A stretch of DNA of 64,000 nt from Gracilinema caldarium DSM 7334 (lineage in GTDB: Bacteria; Spirochaetota; Spirochaetia; Treponematales; Breznakiellaceae). The notes below the pieces were generated by a model. That model did not search any database and was not told where the DNA came from. It was given only the letters and a program-made list of their open reading frames with translations. The position numbers and the translations under genes are program-made. Shown piece by piece: positions 18,317-27,976 of the stretch. Where the stretch lies: contig NC_015732.1 of assembly GCF_000219725.1 (NCBI RefSeq), positions 2,484,972 through 2,548,971 on the forward strand, read 5' to 3'. Every line of letters begins with the position of its first letter. Within the stretch, counting starts at the first letter, position 1.

Positions 18317-19924
18317 TTACCCTCCATCAATAAAAAAGCCCAGACTCTTTGCAACAGAAAGAAATTTTTGTTCATCCTGTAATGAGACAACAATTTTGTT
18401 GCCTTCGACCAGACTGTAAAGGGGCCTTATTTTTTCATTCTGCAATAAAGCATAAACTTCGGGGCTGGCATTTGTAAGATCATAAAGCAAGGCCCGTTGT
18501 GGGCTTTTAAGTACCCCAAACCGAGATTTAAGGTTTCTAAAAAACTCGTTCCACCGCACAGAAGGTTCCGGGGAAATAAGTTGTTTAAACTTGTTTATTC
18601 TCATTTCTACTTGTTTATACGTGGTACAAGCCCGCATAAAAGAAATTTCATCAATCTTATATCTATCGGGGCCCAAAGGATTGCCTATTTGTTCCAAAAA
18701 AAGTTTATGCCCCAGAGATTTACCCCGAAAAGTTACTAAAAGCAGATCCTTATCTGCCAGAGCTTCGTAAGAGGTCTGAGATTGGGTTTCATACTCATCG
18801 ATAAGACCCAGACAATAGGCACCCAATTTAGTCACCCGGACCATAAAAAGGCCATCAAATCTGGAGATGATCCTATCCTTGCCATTATAGTGTAGCGGTT
18901 TTGGGGGTTCTTTTTCACTAATTTCTACTAAACCCAAGAGGGCCAAGAGATACCAATAACCTTTAAAAAGCGGGAGCCCCATCAAAAGGTGGCTTTGAGG
19001 GCCCCACACATAGATGATTCGTTGATAATCTGAGTTTAGAAGAGCATCCTCTTCGCCTATATCGATGTACTCAGCCCTACAAAACAGGCTATACTTCTCT
19101 ATGTACGGGTCTGCATAGGTAAATCTGTAGCCTCGAACATAGAGGGTTTTATACAGTGATTCTACAGAAAACCACCGTTGTGCCTTGGCGCATTCGACAA
19201 AAACATGCCAGAATAGGGATCTACAATCGGGGGCCTTAGCTGAAATGCGGGCACTGTTAACCTGACGGAATGAAAGATGTTCAGTAAGTACAGCAAATTC
19301 AAAAAAACTGCCCAGGGGATCATCCAATTTATAAAATGTTTTTTCTGGATTAAAAAATCGAGGAACTATTTTTCTTAAGATCTGTGGAACAGTACCATCT
19401 TGTTCAGTAAAGTCTGACTGCACCGATTGATACCAGCGAACAAATAGTTCTATTGGATCAAGCCCATGGATTTTACTAAGGGGAAATTCTCCCTGACCGC
19501 AGAGGGGTCGTATACTTTTAATTTCAGTTTTTGTCAGGCCGCTTTCCATCAATCCCCGAGAATATTTACGTTCGTCATGTAATACATCTTTAGATACCTG
19601 GATAAGCAAAGACAAATTATCCACAATAGTGGTTTCATTAGACCAAACATCGGTTGGTGCCTCCATAAGTTCCTGAAAAGAATATTCCGGAGGTTTTTTC
19701 ATATACCCTATAAACAGACTACGAAATAGTTCGTAAAGATATAAATACTTATTTTGAACAACAGTAAAGAGACTCAGAGCTGGCTCTAACTCTATTAGGT
19801 ACTGCGATGGTTCATACAGAGCAATTTCATTGTGCAGGTCTTCATCAATTTCATACTTTTTAAACAATGTTTCAAAATTTACAAAGCCCCAGAATACACC
19901 CACATATCGGTTTGGTTTGACCAA
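18317..19924 (-). CDS. hypothetical 535-aa region, probably the C-terminal extension of the adjacent SNF2-family helicase pseudogene (no recognisable domain)
   Basis: It has no ATG start; the track uses TTG. It overlaps the 3' end of the helicase_C ORF by 52 nt in the +1 frame, which is consistent with a single ancestral gene broken by a frameshift. Confidence 0.35.
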   Translation of the reverse strand: MVKPNRYVGVFWGFVNFETLFKKYEIDEDLHNEIALYEPSQYLIELEPALSLFTVVQNKYLYLYELFRSLFIGYMKKPPEYSFQELMEAPTDVWSNETTIVDNLSLLIQVSKDVLHDERKYSRGLMESGLTKTEIKSIRPLCGQGEFPLSKIHGLDPIELFVRWYQSVQSDFTEQDGTVPQILRKIVPRFFNPEKTFYKLDDPLGSFFEFAVLTEHLSFRQVNSARISAKAPDCRSLFWHVFVECAKAQRWFSVESLYKTLYVRGYRFTYADPYIEKYSLFCRAEYIDIGEEDALLNSDYQRIIYVWGPQSHLLMGLPLFKGYWYLLALLGLVEISEKEPPKPLHYNGKDRIISRFDGLFMVRVTKLGAYCLGLIDEYETQSQTSYEALADKDLLLVTFRGKSLGHKLFLEQIGNPLGPDRYKIDEISFMRACTTYKQVEMRINKFKQLISPEPSVRWNEFFRNLKSRFGVLKSPQRALLYDLTNASPEVYALLQNEKIRPLYSLVEGNKIVVSLQDEQKFLSVAKSLGFFIDGG

Positions 19925-20690
19925 TTCGATGCACCCGGTCTATTGCCTGAGCTTCAGCGGCTCGATTCCACCAGGGGTCAAAAATAAAAACATAATCCGC
20001 AGCGGTCAGATTAAGACCCACCCCACCGGTTTTCAGTGTCATAATAAGAACCTTTACTTCCGGATCAGTCTGAAAGCGCTGAACCAATGCCTGCCGATCT
20101 ACGGTGGCTCCAGTCATAACCAAATTCGCCAGCCCTCGCTTGGACAGATCTTCCGAAAGTAAATCTACCGTCGCAAGGAAATTGGTAAAGACCAGACATT
20201 TGTGTCCCTCTGCTGAAAGGTTTTCCACCATATCCAGAAAATATTCCCGTTTTGCTGAAATACCGTTGTAGTTATCATCAGCTTCCGGAATACCTGCTAA
20301 ACGCCGTAAACGGGTCATGGCTTTAAGCAGTCTGAACAAACCCTTTGCAGTTTCCCCGGATGAGAAGGCCTCTTGCACAGCCCGCAATTCCTCTTCTCGG
20401 ATCTGGTGATATAATTCTAGATGGTCCTGGTCTAATTCGATTATTACTGTCTGCTCGGTTTTACTGGGCAAATCTTTGAGCACATCGGTCTTCATCCGAC
20501 GCAAGATAAATGGATAAATTTTTAGCCGTAGTTCCCGACTTACTGGTTCTTCGCTATTTTATATGGGTAAGTACCCCAGTTTACCAGCGATCCGGTAAAT
20601 AATAAGCTTAAACCTGAATCCGTATAAAAAATAAAGTAACCCAAGCCAACCTGATGGTGTATAATGAATTACCACTAAAACAAAATGCAC
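19872..20690 (-). pseudogene. SNF2/RapA-family helicase remnant: Helicase_C domain and degraded upstream sequence; SNF2_N ATPase domain missing
   Basis: The product has the SNF2 C-terminal motifs (KIYPFILRRMKTDVLKDLPSK, LVFTNF, TGGVGLNLTAADYVFIFDPWWNRAAEAQAIDRVHRIGQ). An in-frame stop lies just upstream. The N-terminal motor domain is absent and the sequence abuts a transposase remnant. Confidence 0.7.
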
Positions 20691-20699
20691 CCAAGAGGT

Positions 20700-21299
20700 G
20701 AAGCTTGGATTACGTCATAAATACTACCACAGAAAAATTAAATAGCATAGGCGGAATGGCGCTGGTAGGAAAAATACTAGAAAAAGGGGAAAAAGCCTGC
20801 TGGAGATGCATCGCTTCCTGATATTGATATTATTTTTCAGGTTACTGAAACACGTATAACCAAAGATGGGACACCCTTACTGTTTCCGGAGATAGACATT
20901 GAAACCTTCTGGACGAATCTGTATGAAAGCCCTGAAACAGTAATCGATCTCTATCATGAACATGGTACCTCGGAACAGTTCCACAGTGAGTTGAAATCAG
21001 ATATGAACGTTGAACGCTTGCCTTCGGGGAAGTTTGTGGTAAATGCCATCCTGCTGAAACTCGCCATGCTGTCGTTCAATATCTTGCGATTTATCGGCCA
21101 GACATCGCTTGCTTTCCCGGATGCACTTCCCTATAAAACAGATTCTAAAAGAAAGCGTCTACGAAAAGTCATTGATGACTTGATTCGTGTTGCGGTAAAG
21201 ATTGTGAGACACGCCAGACAGACCTGTATCCGGTTGTGGGAACAAGATCCCTGGCTTGCTTGTTTCAAACAGGTCTATAGCGTCTGCTGTAATCTATAA
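20700..21299 (+). pseudogene. IS1380-family-like transposase remnant (N-terminal and C-terminal pieces, internally deleted and frameshifted)
   Basis: The translation has an N-terminus-like TTEKLNSIGGMALVGKILEKG, followed out of frame by C-terminal motifs YHEHGTSEQFHSELKSDMNVERLPSGKFVVNAILLKLAMLSFNIL. Confidence 0.55.
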
Positions 21300-21443
21300 T
21301 TTTTTTTGCTCTTTTTCAGCTAAATTCTGGAAGCAGCCTTCTCTTAAAAGATTTTCTCCCTTACTTTGTGGGCTGTTTTTATGCTTCTTTTCCTTGGTTA
21401 CTGCTAATTTGGATGGTTTTATACGGATTTAGGTTTAAATAAA

Positions 21444-21731
21444 AAACCTACAGCAATATTTGCTGCTAATGATATAATAGGTGTAGGGGCACTTAATGCA
21501 ATTAAAGATCTTGGATTAAGAGTTCCGGAGGATATTTCTGTCATAAGTCATGACAATACGATGCTTGCTGCTAGTTACCATTTAAGTTCGGTGGACCTTA
21601 AAATTAAAAGTGTGGCCCATGCGGTTGTCGATTTAATGCAGTATGTTGTCAATGGCCATGACAAAGAGCCACGGAGAATCATGATCACCCCAGATATCAT
21701 TCTTCGCGGCTCAACAGCTAAGACTATATAA
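21444..21731 (+). pseudogene. 3' fragment of a LacI-family regulator gene (paralog of 14699..15703)
   Basis: About 88% nucleotide identity to 15421-15703. It encodes KPTAIFAANDIIGVGALNAIKDLGLRVPEDISVISHDNTMLAASYHLSSVDLKIKSVAHAVVDLMQYVVNGHDKEPRRIMITPDIILRG. The HTH and N-terminal two thirds are missing. Confidence 0.8.
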
Positions 21732-21846
21732 GAACGTTTCTAAAATTGAATTATTTTTTTTAGACATAGGAGCAAATGTTTGCAGAGTTGGCTTAAAAGT
21801 TTAAAAAACTGCTAAAAATCAAAAATTTTGTCCTCTCCATAATATA

Positions 21847-22179
21847 CTACTACACCGCAGCCTTGACCGCTTCATCAGTCTTGCTGGGAACAAAAGTACA
21901 GTATGTTGCAAGTATACAATTTAGCCGATCTAGCAACTCTTTCTGGGAATCCTTAAAGCTGAACCCCACAGGGATGACCGCAGGCCTTCATCAAAATTAG
22001 CCCCCGGCGCGGGATAAAGCCGGTAGCGTAGACCGGGAATTGCATCTAATATGGGGAGAATCTCCTTGCGGCTTTCCACCTTAAGATTTACCGCCAGGAA
22101 CCCCTCATCCCGTACCGGTTTGGATAGCAGGGCCTTCCTCAGTACCGGTCCTATATCTCCACCGAAAAATGAAACATAG
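21847..22179 (-). pseudogene. 3' portion of a glycosyltransferase paralog (copy of 15718..16752), internally deleted and truncated by the IS insertion
   Basis: Homology to the intact GT resumes after a ~260-bp internal deletion. It ends at the IS left boundary. Confidence 0.75.
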
Positions 22180-23827
22180 GGCTTCCTGAAAAACAAACAA
22201 CTCTTTACAAAAGAAGCAAATACAGAGATAATCTCAATAAGAAGTGCACGGAAGAAAGGGGTAAGGCCTTAAAAAGCGTGCACTTTACTATGGGGTAACG
22301 ATGTATAAGGAAAAGGAACAGGTACCTGAGTTTGAAGACTTTTATGTACCCTTCGGAGGACATTTACGAGAAGATAATCGATGGGTACGATTAGCCGCAA
22401 TTATTCCATGGGAAGAGATAGAAGCTGAATATAAAAAATGTTTTTCAAAACGAATTGGAAGAACAGCCAAGACCGTACGGCTCGCCTTGGGATCATTATT
22501 GATAAAAGAGAAATTACAATTAACAGATGAAGAAACGGTAGAAACAATACGAGAGAACCATTACCTGCAATATTTTTTAGGATATGAATCTTACAAAGAT
22601 GAAAAACCCTTTGATCCAAGCATGATGGTTCATTTTCGAAAACGGCTTGGACCTGATGCAATAGCAAAGATAAATGAGTTGATAGCGAAACGGTATCAAG
22701 AACAGGTAGAAGCAGAATCTGAAAAAAAACAGAACAAAAAAAACCAAAAGGATGACCATGATCATGGAAATCGAGGGCAACTCATTATAGATGCCACGTG
22801 CGTCCCCCAGGATATCCGGCATCCCCATGATGTCACTTTATTGGATGAAGCGCGAAGGAAAACAGAAAAGATAATTGATACGTTATATGAAGCGAGTGAG
22901 CTCACCATAAAACCACGAACCTATAGAAAACAGGCCCGTATCAAATATCTCAATTTTATACGAGGGCGACGAAGAACAAAAAAAGAAATACGCAGAGCGA
23001 TTCGGACCCAACTCCAATACATACGACGTAATTTACGGACTATCAATGAATTACAAAACAAGGTTCCCAGTACAACGTTGAGTGCAAAACAGCGACGTGA
23101 TCTTATCGTGATACATGAGGTTTACCGGCAACAGGTACAGATGTATAAGGGAAAGACCCATTCGATATCGGGAAAAATCGTCAGTATCAGTCAACCCCAT
23201 GTACGACCAATAGCCCGAGGTAAAGCAAAAGCGGCCTTTGAATTCGGAGCAAAACTATCAGCATCGATGACCGAACACGGGATGATTTTTATAGATCGAT
23301 TACAATGGGAACCCTATAACGAACAAGAAGATTTGCCAACACAAATAGAAAAATATAAGAGGCGATGTGGTCGATATCCGGAATCGGTGCATGCCGATAA
23401 AATATATCGGACACGAGCAAACCGAGCCTATTGTGAAGCTCGAGGAATACGATTGTCTGGACCACCCTTAGGCAGACCGATTAAAGAAACATTAGAGAAT
23501 AAAAAGATAGTACGACAGCTACGAAAGATTCAAAGACTTGACGAAGCCATTCGACAAGCGATTGAAGGTGGCTTTGGATATATGAAACGAAAGTTTGGTC
23601 TTGGTACAATCTATGAAAAATTACGCGAAACTAGTGAAACAGCAATCATGGTATGTGTATTGCTGACCAACTGTGAAAAGATCCTGAGGGATCTTTTTAT
23701 GCGCTTTTTATTTTTACTTGGTTTTAAACCTCATAAATCATATTTGAAAGTTTTAGTATACTAAATTAAACCCATTTTAACGTAAAAAAGTTTTGAAATA
23801 TCATTTTTAGACATTTTCAGTAGGCCC
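22180..23827 (+). mobile_element. insertion sequence, 1648 bp, with imperfect ~13-bp terminal inverted repeats and a 7-bp target duplication AACATAG (IS5/IS1182-superfamily-like DDE transposase)
   Basis: Left end GGCTTCCTGAAA, right end TTTCAGTAGGCC. AACATAG appears at 22173-22179 and 23828-23834. It splits a GT paralog whose halves lie on either side. A second copy lies at 60647..62293. Confidence 0.8.
22301..23764 (+). CDS. DDE transposase, 487 aa (InsH-like N-terminal domain, IS5/IS1182-like)
   Basis: Intact ORF inside the IS. The N-terminal region (RWVRLAAIIPWEEIEAEYKKCF, HYLQYFLGYESY) resembles the transposase InsH N-terminal domain. Confidence 0.75.
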   Translation: MYKEKEQVPEFEDFYVPFGGHLREDNRWVRLAAIIPWEEIEAEYKKCFSKRIGRTAKTVRLALGSLLIKEKLQLTDEETVETIRENHYLQYFLGYESYKDEKPFDPSMMVHFRKRLGPDAIAKINELIAKRYQEQVEAESEKKQNKKNQKDDHDHGNRGQLIIDATCVPQDIRHPHDVTLLDEARRKTEKIIDTLYEASELTIKPRTYRKQARIKYLNFIRGRRRTKKEIRRAIRTQLQYIRRNLRTINELQNKVPSTTLSAKQRRDLIVIHEVYRQQVQMYKGKTHSISGKIVSISQPHVRPIARGKAKAAFEFGAKLSASMTEHGMIFIDRLQWEPYNEQEDLPTQIEKYKRRCGRYPESVHADKIYRTRANRAYCEARGIRLSGPPLGRPIKETLENKKIVRQLRKIQRLDEAIRQAIEGGFGYMKRKFGLGTIYEKLRETSETAIMVCVLLTNCEKILRDLFMRFLFLLGFKPHKSYLKVLVY

Positions 23828-23834
23828 AACATAG

Positions 23835-24307
23835 AGTCGTTTGTCCCAGGGGCCTTCCATCATGCAAGCTACCAGGGCAGCCACCCAGGTTCGAGGATCC
23901 ATAGTCAGGTAGCGGCGGATGATTCCGGGATGATTCATCTGAATGACCGGAATTCCCGCAAGCCGGGCAGCCCAGGGCAGATAGGGATCAAAATCGGAGA
24001 GGACCGCCTGAATACGATCCTTTACCAACTGCCTGCTTATGCGTTTTATAGTTGGGTAAAAATGCAGAGCCAAGCGAAGACTGTGAAATATGGTGCGGAT
24101 ATATTCAACGCGGTTTTTATTTTTAATAAATGTAAAACAGGGAATGGACCGCACTGTGGCACGGGGCAGGCGGGAGGTAACAAAGGACGACACGGTCTCG
24201 GGTATATACAACAAAACTTCATGATACTGTTTCAGATCATCATACAGGGCGACCATCCGGCCGGCATGACCGAATCCTTCTCCTGCACAAGAATAGGCTA
24301 TACGCAT
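23835..24307 (-). pseudogene. 5' portion of the glycosyltransferase paralog split by the IS
   Basis: Encodes MRIAYSCAGEGFGHAGRMVALYDDLKQYHEVLLYIPETV..., near-identical to the N-terminal half of the 15718..16752 product. It ends at the IS right boundary and TSD. Confidence 0.8.
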
Positions 24308-24415
24308 GGAATAACTCCATGCTAACGTTCGCCTAAGGATGTTAAAAAACACCTAAAAACGTATTAGAATTATATAAAAAGTGTTGCTCCATAATCCTTC
24401 TGTAAGGAGGTCTCG

Positions 24416-24790
24416 ATGAACTATCCCTTTGAAAAACTATCCCCCTGGGCTTTTGAACTCCCCCGCTAGGGGCCCATGCAGGTACCCCTGCGGCTCTATA
24501 CCACTGAAAACATGCTGAAACAGCTTAAAGAAGATTAATCCATAGACCAGTTGATGAACGTCGCAAGCCTCTCTGGCATTTACCGGTATGCTCTGGGCAT
24601 GCCCGACATGCACCAGGGCTTCGGGTTCCCGGCGGGACATCTAGAATTGGAGGAGCCTTTCGAACAGTATGGGCAGCCGGTCCTGTTTCAGGGGGATATA
24701 AAGCGAGGCAGTTACTTTCTTGTTGATACCGATTGATACCGAGGCCAGTATGGATGAAACCTTCGGCAGTACTGCCCCTGGCTCGTTCCC
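24416..24790 (+). pseudogene. rtcB paralog remnant (in-frame stops, ~870-bp and ~200-bp internal deletions)
   Basis: Matches the N-terminus of RtcB but with TAG and TAA stops (FELPR*GPMQ, LKED*SID). It then jumps to C-terminal HLELEEPFEQYGQPVLFQGDIKRGSY. The divergent intergenic region is conserved with 16753-16861. Confidence 0.8.
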
Positions 24791-24805
24791 GGCCCCTGTT
24801 GGTAA

Positions 24806-25897
24806 TTAAGGAGTAAGTACTTTTGTCAGGAAATGGGCTGGAGGCTCCCAGGCATAGTCGCCATATCCACCTGCCAGAAGCCAGGTAGAAGGAATAGCCC
24901 GATCTCGCAGGAAGGAAAAAACCGTCATGTCCCGTTTTACACAGGTATCGAGGGGTAGTTGTAAATCAACAGAGGAAGGCAGTTCATCCTTTTCATAGGG
25001 GTCAGCGCCATCAACCACGATGGCGAGATCCGGTTTTTTACCACCTGAAAGCATTTCAAGCTGAAGAAGCCCAGAGGCAAGGCGGGATACATAGGACGCT
25101 TGATCTTCTTTCGATACAGGAATATCTACATCAGAAGCCACCAGCGGGGCTCTGCTGGGAACTGCATGAGCTAATGTTTCCGGGTCGAGAGGCCAACCTA
25201 AAGCCATGTGTATGGAGAGGGTCAGTATACAAGGATCACCAGAAGCAAGCTCTGCTGTACCGTCTCCCTTATGAGCATCGAGATCAATAATCCATATTGA
25301 TGAAATGAGTCCTTCCGCTTTAAGCCTCCGGGCTGCGATAATAATGTCATTGAGAAGGCAGAAACCTGCACCGGAATCGTAGCGGGCATGGTGCATTCCA
25401 CCGCCTAAATAGTAGCAAAAACCCGGATTGGAATTATTTGTAGACAATGGTTCAGAACTTACACCGGAAGGTTTGCTACGATGAGCCAGAGCTAAACGGC
25501 AGGCGAGATAGGTTCCCCAGACCTGGGCCCGGATCGTGGTAAAAAGCTCTGAAAGGGGTCGCACCGCATCACCAGGGCTGTATCGCCTAAACCTTCCCTG
25601 TTCATCCATCAATTCATAGGTCTTGATAAGTTCTTTTTCGAGCCCTTCACCGAACAGCGCTGCCACAAAGTTGGCATCATGTGCCCTGGCAATATCTTCC
25701 CGACTAATATGTCGGTCTCCTTCGGGAATAGAGAGCATATCCGCAGCTGATGCAAGCGAGTGTACAGGCCGCATGGGTGGTATTATCTTTTTTTTAAGAT
25801 ACTCAAGTACTGCCAAGGCCCGCCGATCCCGTATCGGGATTTGAATCCCATAATCGGGGAATCGCATATCAAGAGCAGGATCGTACAGCAAAATCAT
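24806..25897 (-). CDS. histone deacetylase superfamily protein (AcuC/AphA-like, arginase-deacetylase fold)
   Basis: Carries the HDAC motifs YYLGGGMHHARYDSGAGFCLLND and WIIDLDAHKGDGT. The ATG at 25897 (MILLYDP) is preferred over the longer TTG-initiated track ORF, but has no clear RBS; TTG at 25942 remains an alternative. Confidence 0.75.
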   Translation of the reverse strand: MILLYDPALDMRFPDYGIQIPIRDRRALAVLEYLKKKIIPPMRPVHSLASAADMLSIPEGDRHISREDIARAHDANFVAALFGEGLEKELIKTYELMDEQGRFRRYSPGDAVRPLSELFTTIRAQVWGTYLACRLALAHRSKPSGVSSEPLSTNNSNPGFCYYLGGGMHHARYDSGAGFCLLNDIIIAARRLKAEGLISSIWIIDLDAHKGDGTAELASGDPCILTLSIHMALGWPLDPETLAHAVPSRAPLVASDVDIPVSKEDQASYVSRLASGLLQLEMLSGGKKPDLAIVVDGADPYEKDELPSSVDLQLPLDTCVKRDMTVFSFLRDRAIPSTWLLAGGYGDYAWEPPAHFLTKVLTP

Positions 25898-25902
25898 AGG
25901 AT

Positions 25903-27183
25903 CTAAAAACGCATCACTAACTTGAGCGTCATTTCTACCCAATACCCCACATGGGCAGGCCCCAATTCACCATACCAACCAGAGGGATACAACATTGTCA
26001 TATCTACTGGTATTTTATTCACAAGACTGACTGTAGTTCCTTGGAAAAGGGTATGATCAATATTGAATGAACACAAAAACGAGCCATCCTCAAGCGCGAT
26101 AAGAGCATTACTACCCAGCATGGTATAATCATCAATTTTATAAATCCCGTTCACTATAAAATAATGCATCCGATTCAAATCACCTAACGGAAGGTTTACA
26201 TTAAAAGACCGCTGTTCAGGTACTGTGTTGATCCAATCTTTTGTATATAGCATATCTATACTATCTTGTGAAACCAGTGCACTTCCACCATTGTACCAAT
26301 ATTGACTGGTAATGATGAACATTCCATCGTTGATAGAAAAATCTAAACCTATTGCAGCTTCAAGGCCTCGATACCAAATCCAGTCTCTGGTATAATAGGT
26401 TTGTGTATGCAACCAATGCATATCAAGGGTATATAAAGCATCAAAAACGATTGAAACCGGTCCATCATATTTTATAGAGCTACCGAAACGATGTAGAGGT
26501 TCATTGGTTGCATCTCGAAGTGTGACAGATCCAACCTTCATTGCAGGTCTACCAGCTTGAATTGCATAGAGCCCTTGCACACTCCAATGATTTCCGTGGT
26601 GTTCTGACACTATACCAGCTAGACTGGTTCTCCCATTCGTTTCAGTTGTATCATAAGGTCCGGTCCCAAAGAAACTCATTTTTAGAGTATCCATCGGGTA
26701 CCAGTTACAAACAAGCCCAAGAATACCCCGAGGTCGAGCATCGGGATTTCGTGGATTTGGATGGATAAGAAAATCGGTAGGGCGAAATAGTTGCCCAAAT
26801 CCAAAGGATAATCTAAGAATTCCCATATCTGTTGCAAAGGAATCGCCCTTGATTTGGTAATATAAACGATCTACATCTATAGTACTGGAATAGAAAGAAT
26901 CAGTATTATTTTCATTTACCTCATTTGAACTACCACTTTGAATATAAAGGTTAACTGAAGATATAAAAATCCCTCGGTCTCCTACTGGGGCTTTCATCCT
27001 TAGATTGGCATACTGTTCTATTCCAAATAAATTATTTGAAGTCTCATTATAACCATATCCCCAGGAAGAACGTACAAGAGATTCACTCATACCGCTCCAT
27101 TGCCAATCTGAAGCTACTGAATATGGAATAGAAATTATAAAAATAAAACCTACTATAAATAGAAATACACGCCAATATTTCAT
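25903..27183 (-). CDS. putative outer membrane beta-barrel protein
   Basis: N-terminal signal sequence, many alternating aromatic/hydrophilic stretches, and a C-terminal ...KLVMRF ending in Phe as in OMP sorting signals. It overlaps the LolA-like gene by 4 nt. Confidence 0.55.
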   Translation of the reverse strand: MKYWRVFLFIVGFIFIISIPYSVASDWQWSGMSESLVRSSWGYGYNETSNNLFGIEQYANLRMKAPVGDRGIFISSVNLYIQSGSSNEVNENNTDSFYSSTIDVDRLYYQIKGDSFATDMGILRLSFGFGQLFRPTDFLIHPNPRNPDARPRGILGLVCNWYPMDTLKMSFFGTGPYDTTETNGRTSLAGIVSEHHGNHWSVQGLYAIQAGRPAMKVGSVTLRDATNEPLHRFGSSIKYDGPVSIVFDALYTLDMHWLHTQTYYTRDWIWYRGLEAAIGLDFSINDGMFIITSQYWYNGGSALVSQDSIDMLYTKDWINTVPEQRSFNVNLPLGDLNRMHYFIVNGIYKIDDYTMLGSNALIALEDGSFLCSFNIDHTLFQGTTVSLVNKIPVDMTMLYPSGWYGELGPAHVGYWVEMTLKLVMRF

Positions 27184-27938
27184 CGTTCAAGATTCCTCAT
27201 ACTAAATAAGGTATCATCTATAGGTTTGTCTAAAACAACATTAGACATTTTCAGAACCGTTCGACTCCCCTTTCTCAGAAGATCTCTCATTTCAAATTCT
27301 ATCGGAAACCGTCTATTTCCAATTTGTTCAATCTTATGCAAGGTATACTCTTTCAACTTTGCACCTGAAAGTGCATACTGCTCAGTCTTTAATACATCTC
27401 CTGTTTGGATATCTACCCATATCTTTTGTTTTGGATAGCTTTCAGTTTTTTTATTAGCTAATAATTCGAGAACCCAAGCATCTCTATTATTTATAGACTC
27501 TTTACCAAGCAATGTAGGAGTATACCGAACCGATAATTTCTCATTTTCAATTGTATCTTCATAAGAAAAATCGGAACCCATCATAGATTCTTTAAGCATA
27601 TGACCAGAAATCAGCATAACCGATTCAGTATCTGGTGAATACACATAGAGACGGCCTTCACGTTTTAAATATCTGGTATCCCGATCTTCAGGATTATAAA
27701 ATTCAACAAAACTTAGTTGATTACCCTTTGCCCAAGCTTTAAACAATTTAACAAAACGCTTCCCCTGGTATTCAATAATCATTTCACCCGTATAGTGAAT
27801 ACTATCATATACTTCATTCGCATCAATCTGGGCCAATAGCTGCTTTGGATCCGGGCTTTGATGTTGTGCATACATGGCAGAAAATTTTACAAAGAAAATC
27901 AGCAATATAACGAGTACAAACCTTGTTTTATATTTCAT
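27180..27938 (-). CDS. LolA-like outer-membrane lipoprotein-sorting protein family member (periplasmic, signal peptide)
   Basis: Has a signal peptide MKYKTRFVLVILLIFFVKFSAMYAQ. Size and sequence resemble LolA-like proteins that accompany FtsX/MacB-type ABC exporters. Confidence 0.5.
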   Translation of the reverse strand: MKYKTRFVLVILLIFFVKFSAMYAQHQSPDPKQLLAQIDANEVYDSIHYTGEMIIEYQGKRFVKLFKAWAKGNQLSFVEFYNPEDRDTRYLKREGRLYVYSPDTESVMLISGHMLKESMMGSDFSYEDTIENEKLSVRYTPTLLGKESINNRDAWVLELLANKKTESYPKQKIWVDIQTGDVLKTEQYALSGAKLKEYTLHKIEQIGNRRFPIEFEMRDLLRKGSRTVLKMSNVVLDKPIDDTLFSMRNLER

Positions 27939-27976
27939 AATGTTCCTCCCTTAATCACGGTTCTATTAAAGACATC

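Noticed and set aside
18317-19924. Treating the 535-aa ORF as an intact independent gene
   Set aside because: It has no ATG start or RBS, and the first internal Met has no Shine-Dalgarno. It overlaps the helicase_C ORF in the +1 frame, and the whole locus is truncated by transposase debris. It is kept as a low-confidence CDS and interpreted as part of a pseudogene.
22401-22828. Small antisense ORFs (88 and 83 aa) inside the transposase gene, duplicated at 60868..61134
   Set aside because: They recur only because the IS is duplicated. They are antisense to the transposase with no signals.
24806-25942. Longer TTG-initiated version of the HDAC-family gene overlapping the OMP gene
   Set aside because: The upstream extension starts at TTG with no RBS and overlaps the preceding gene. 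Conserved N-terminal HDAC sequence begins at the internal ATG (MILLYDP).
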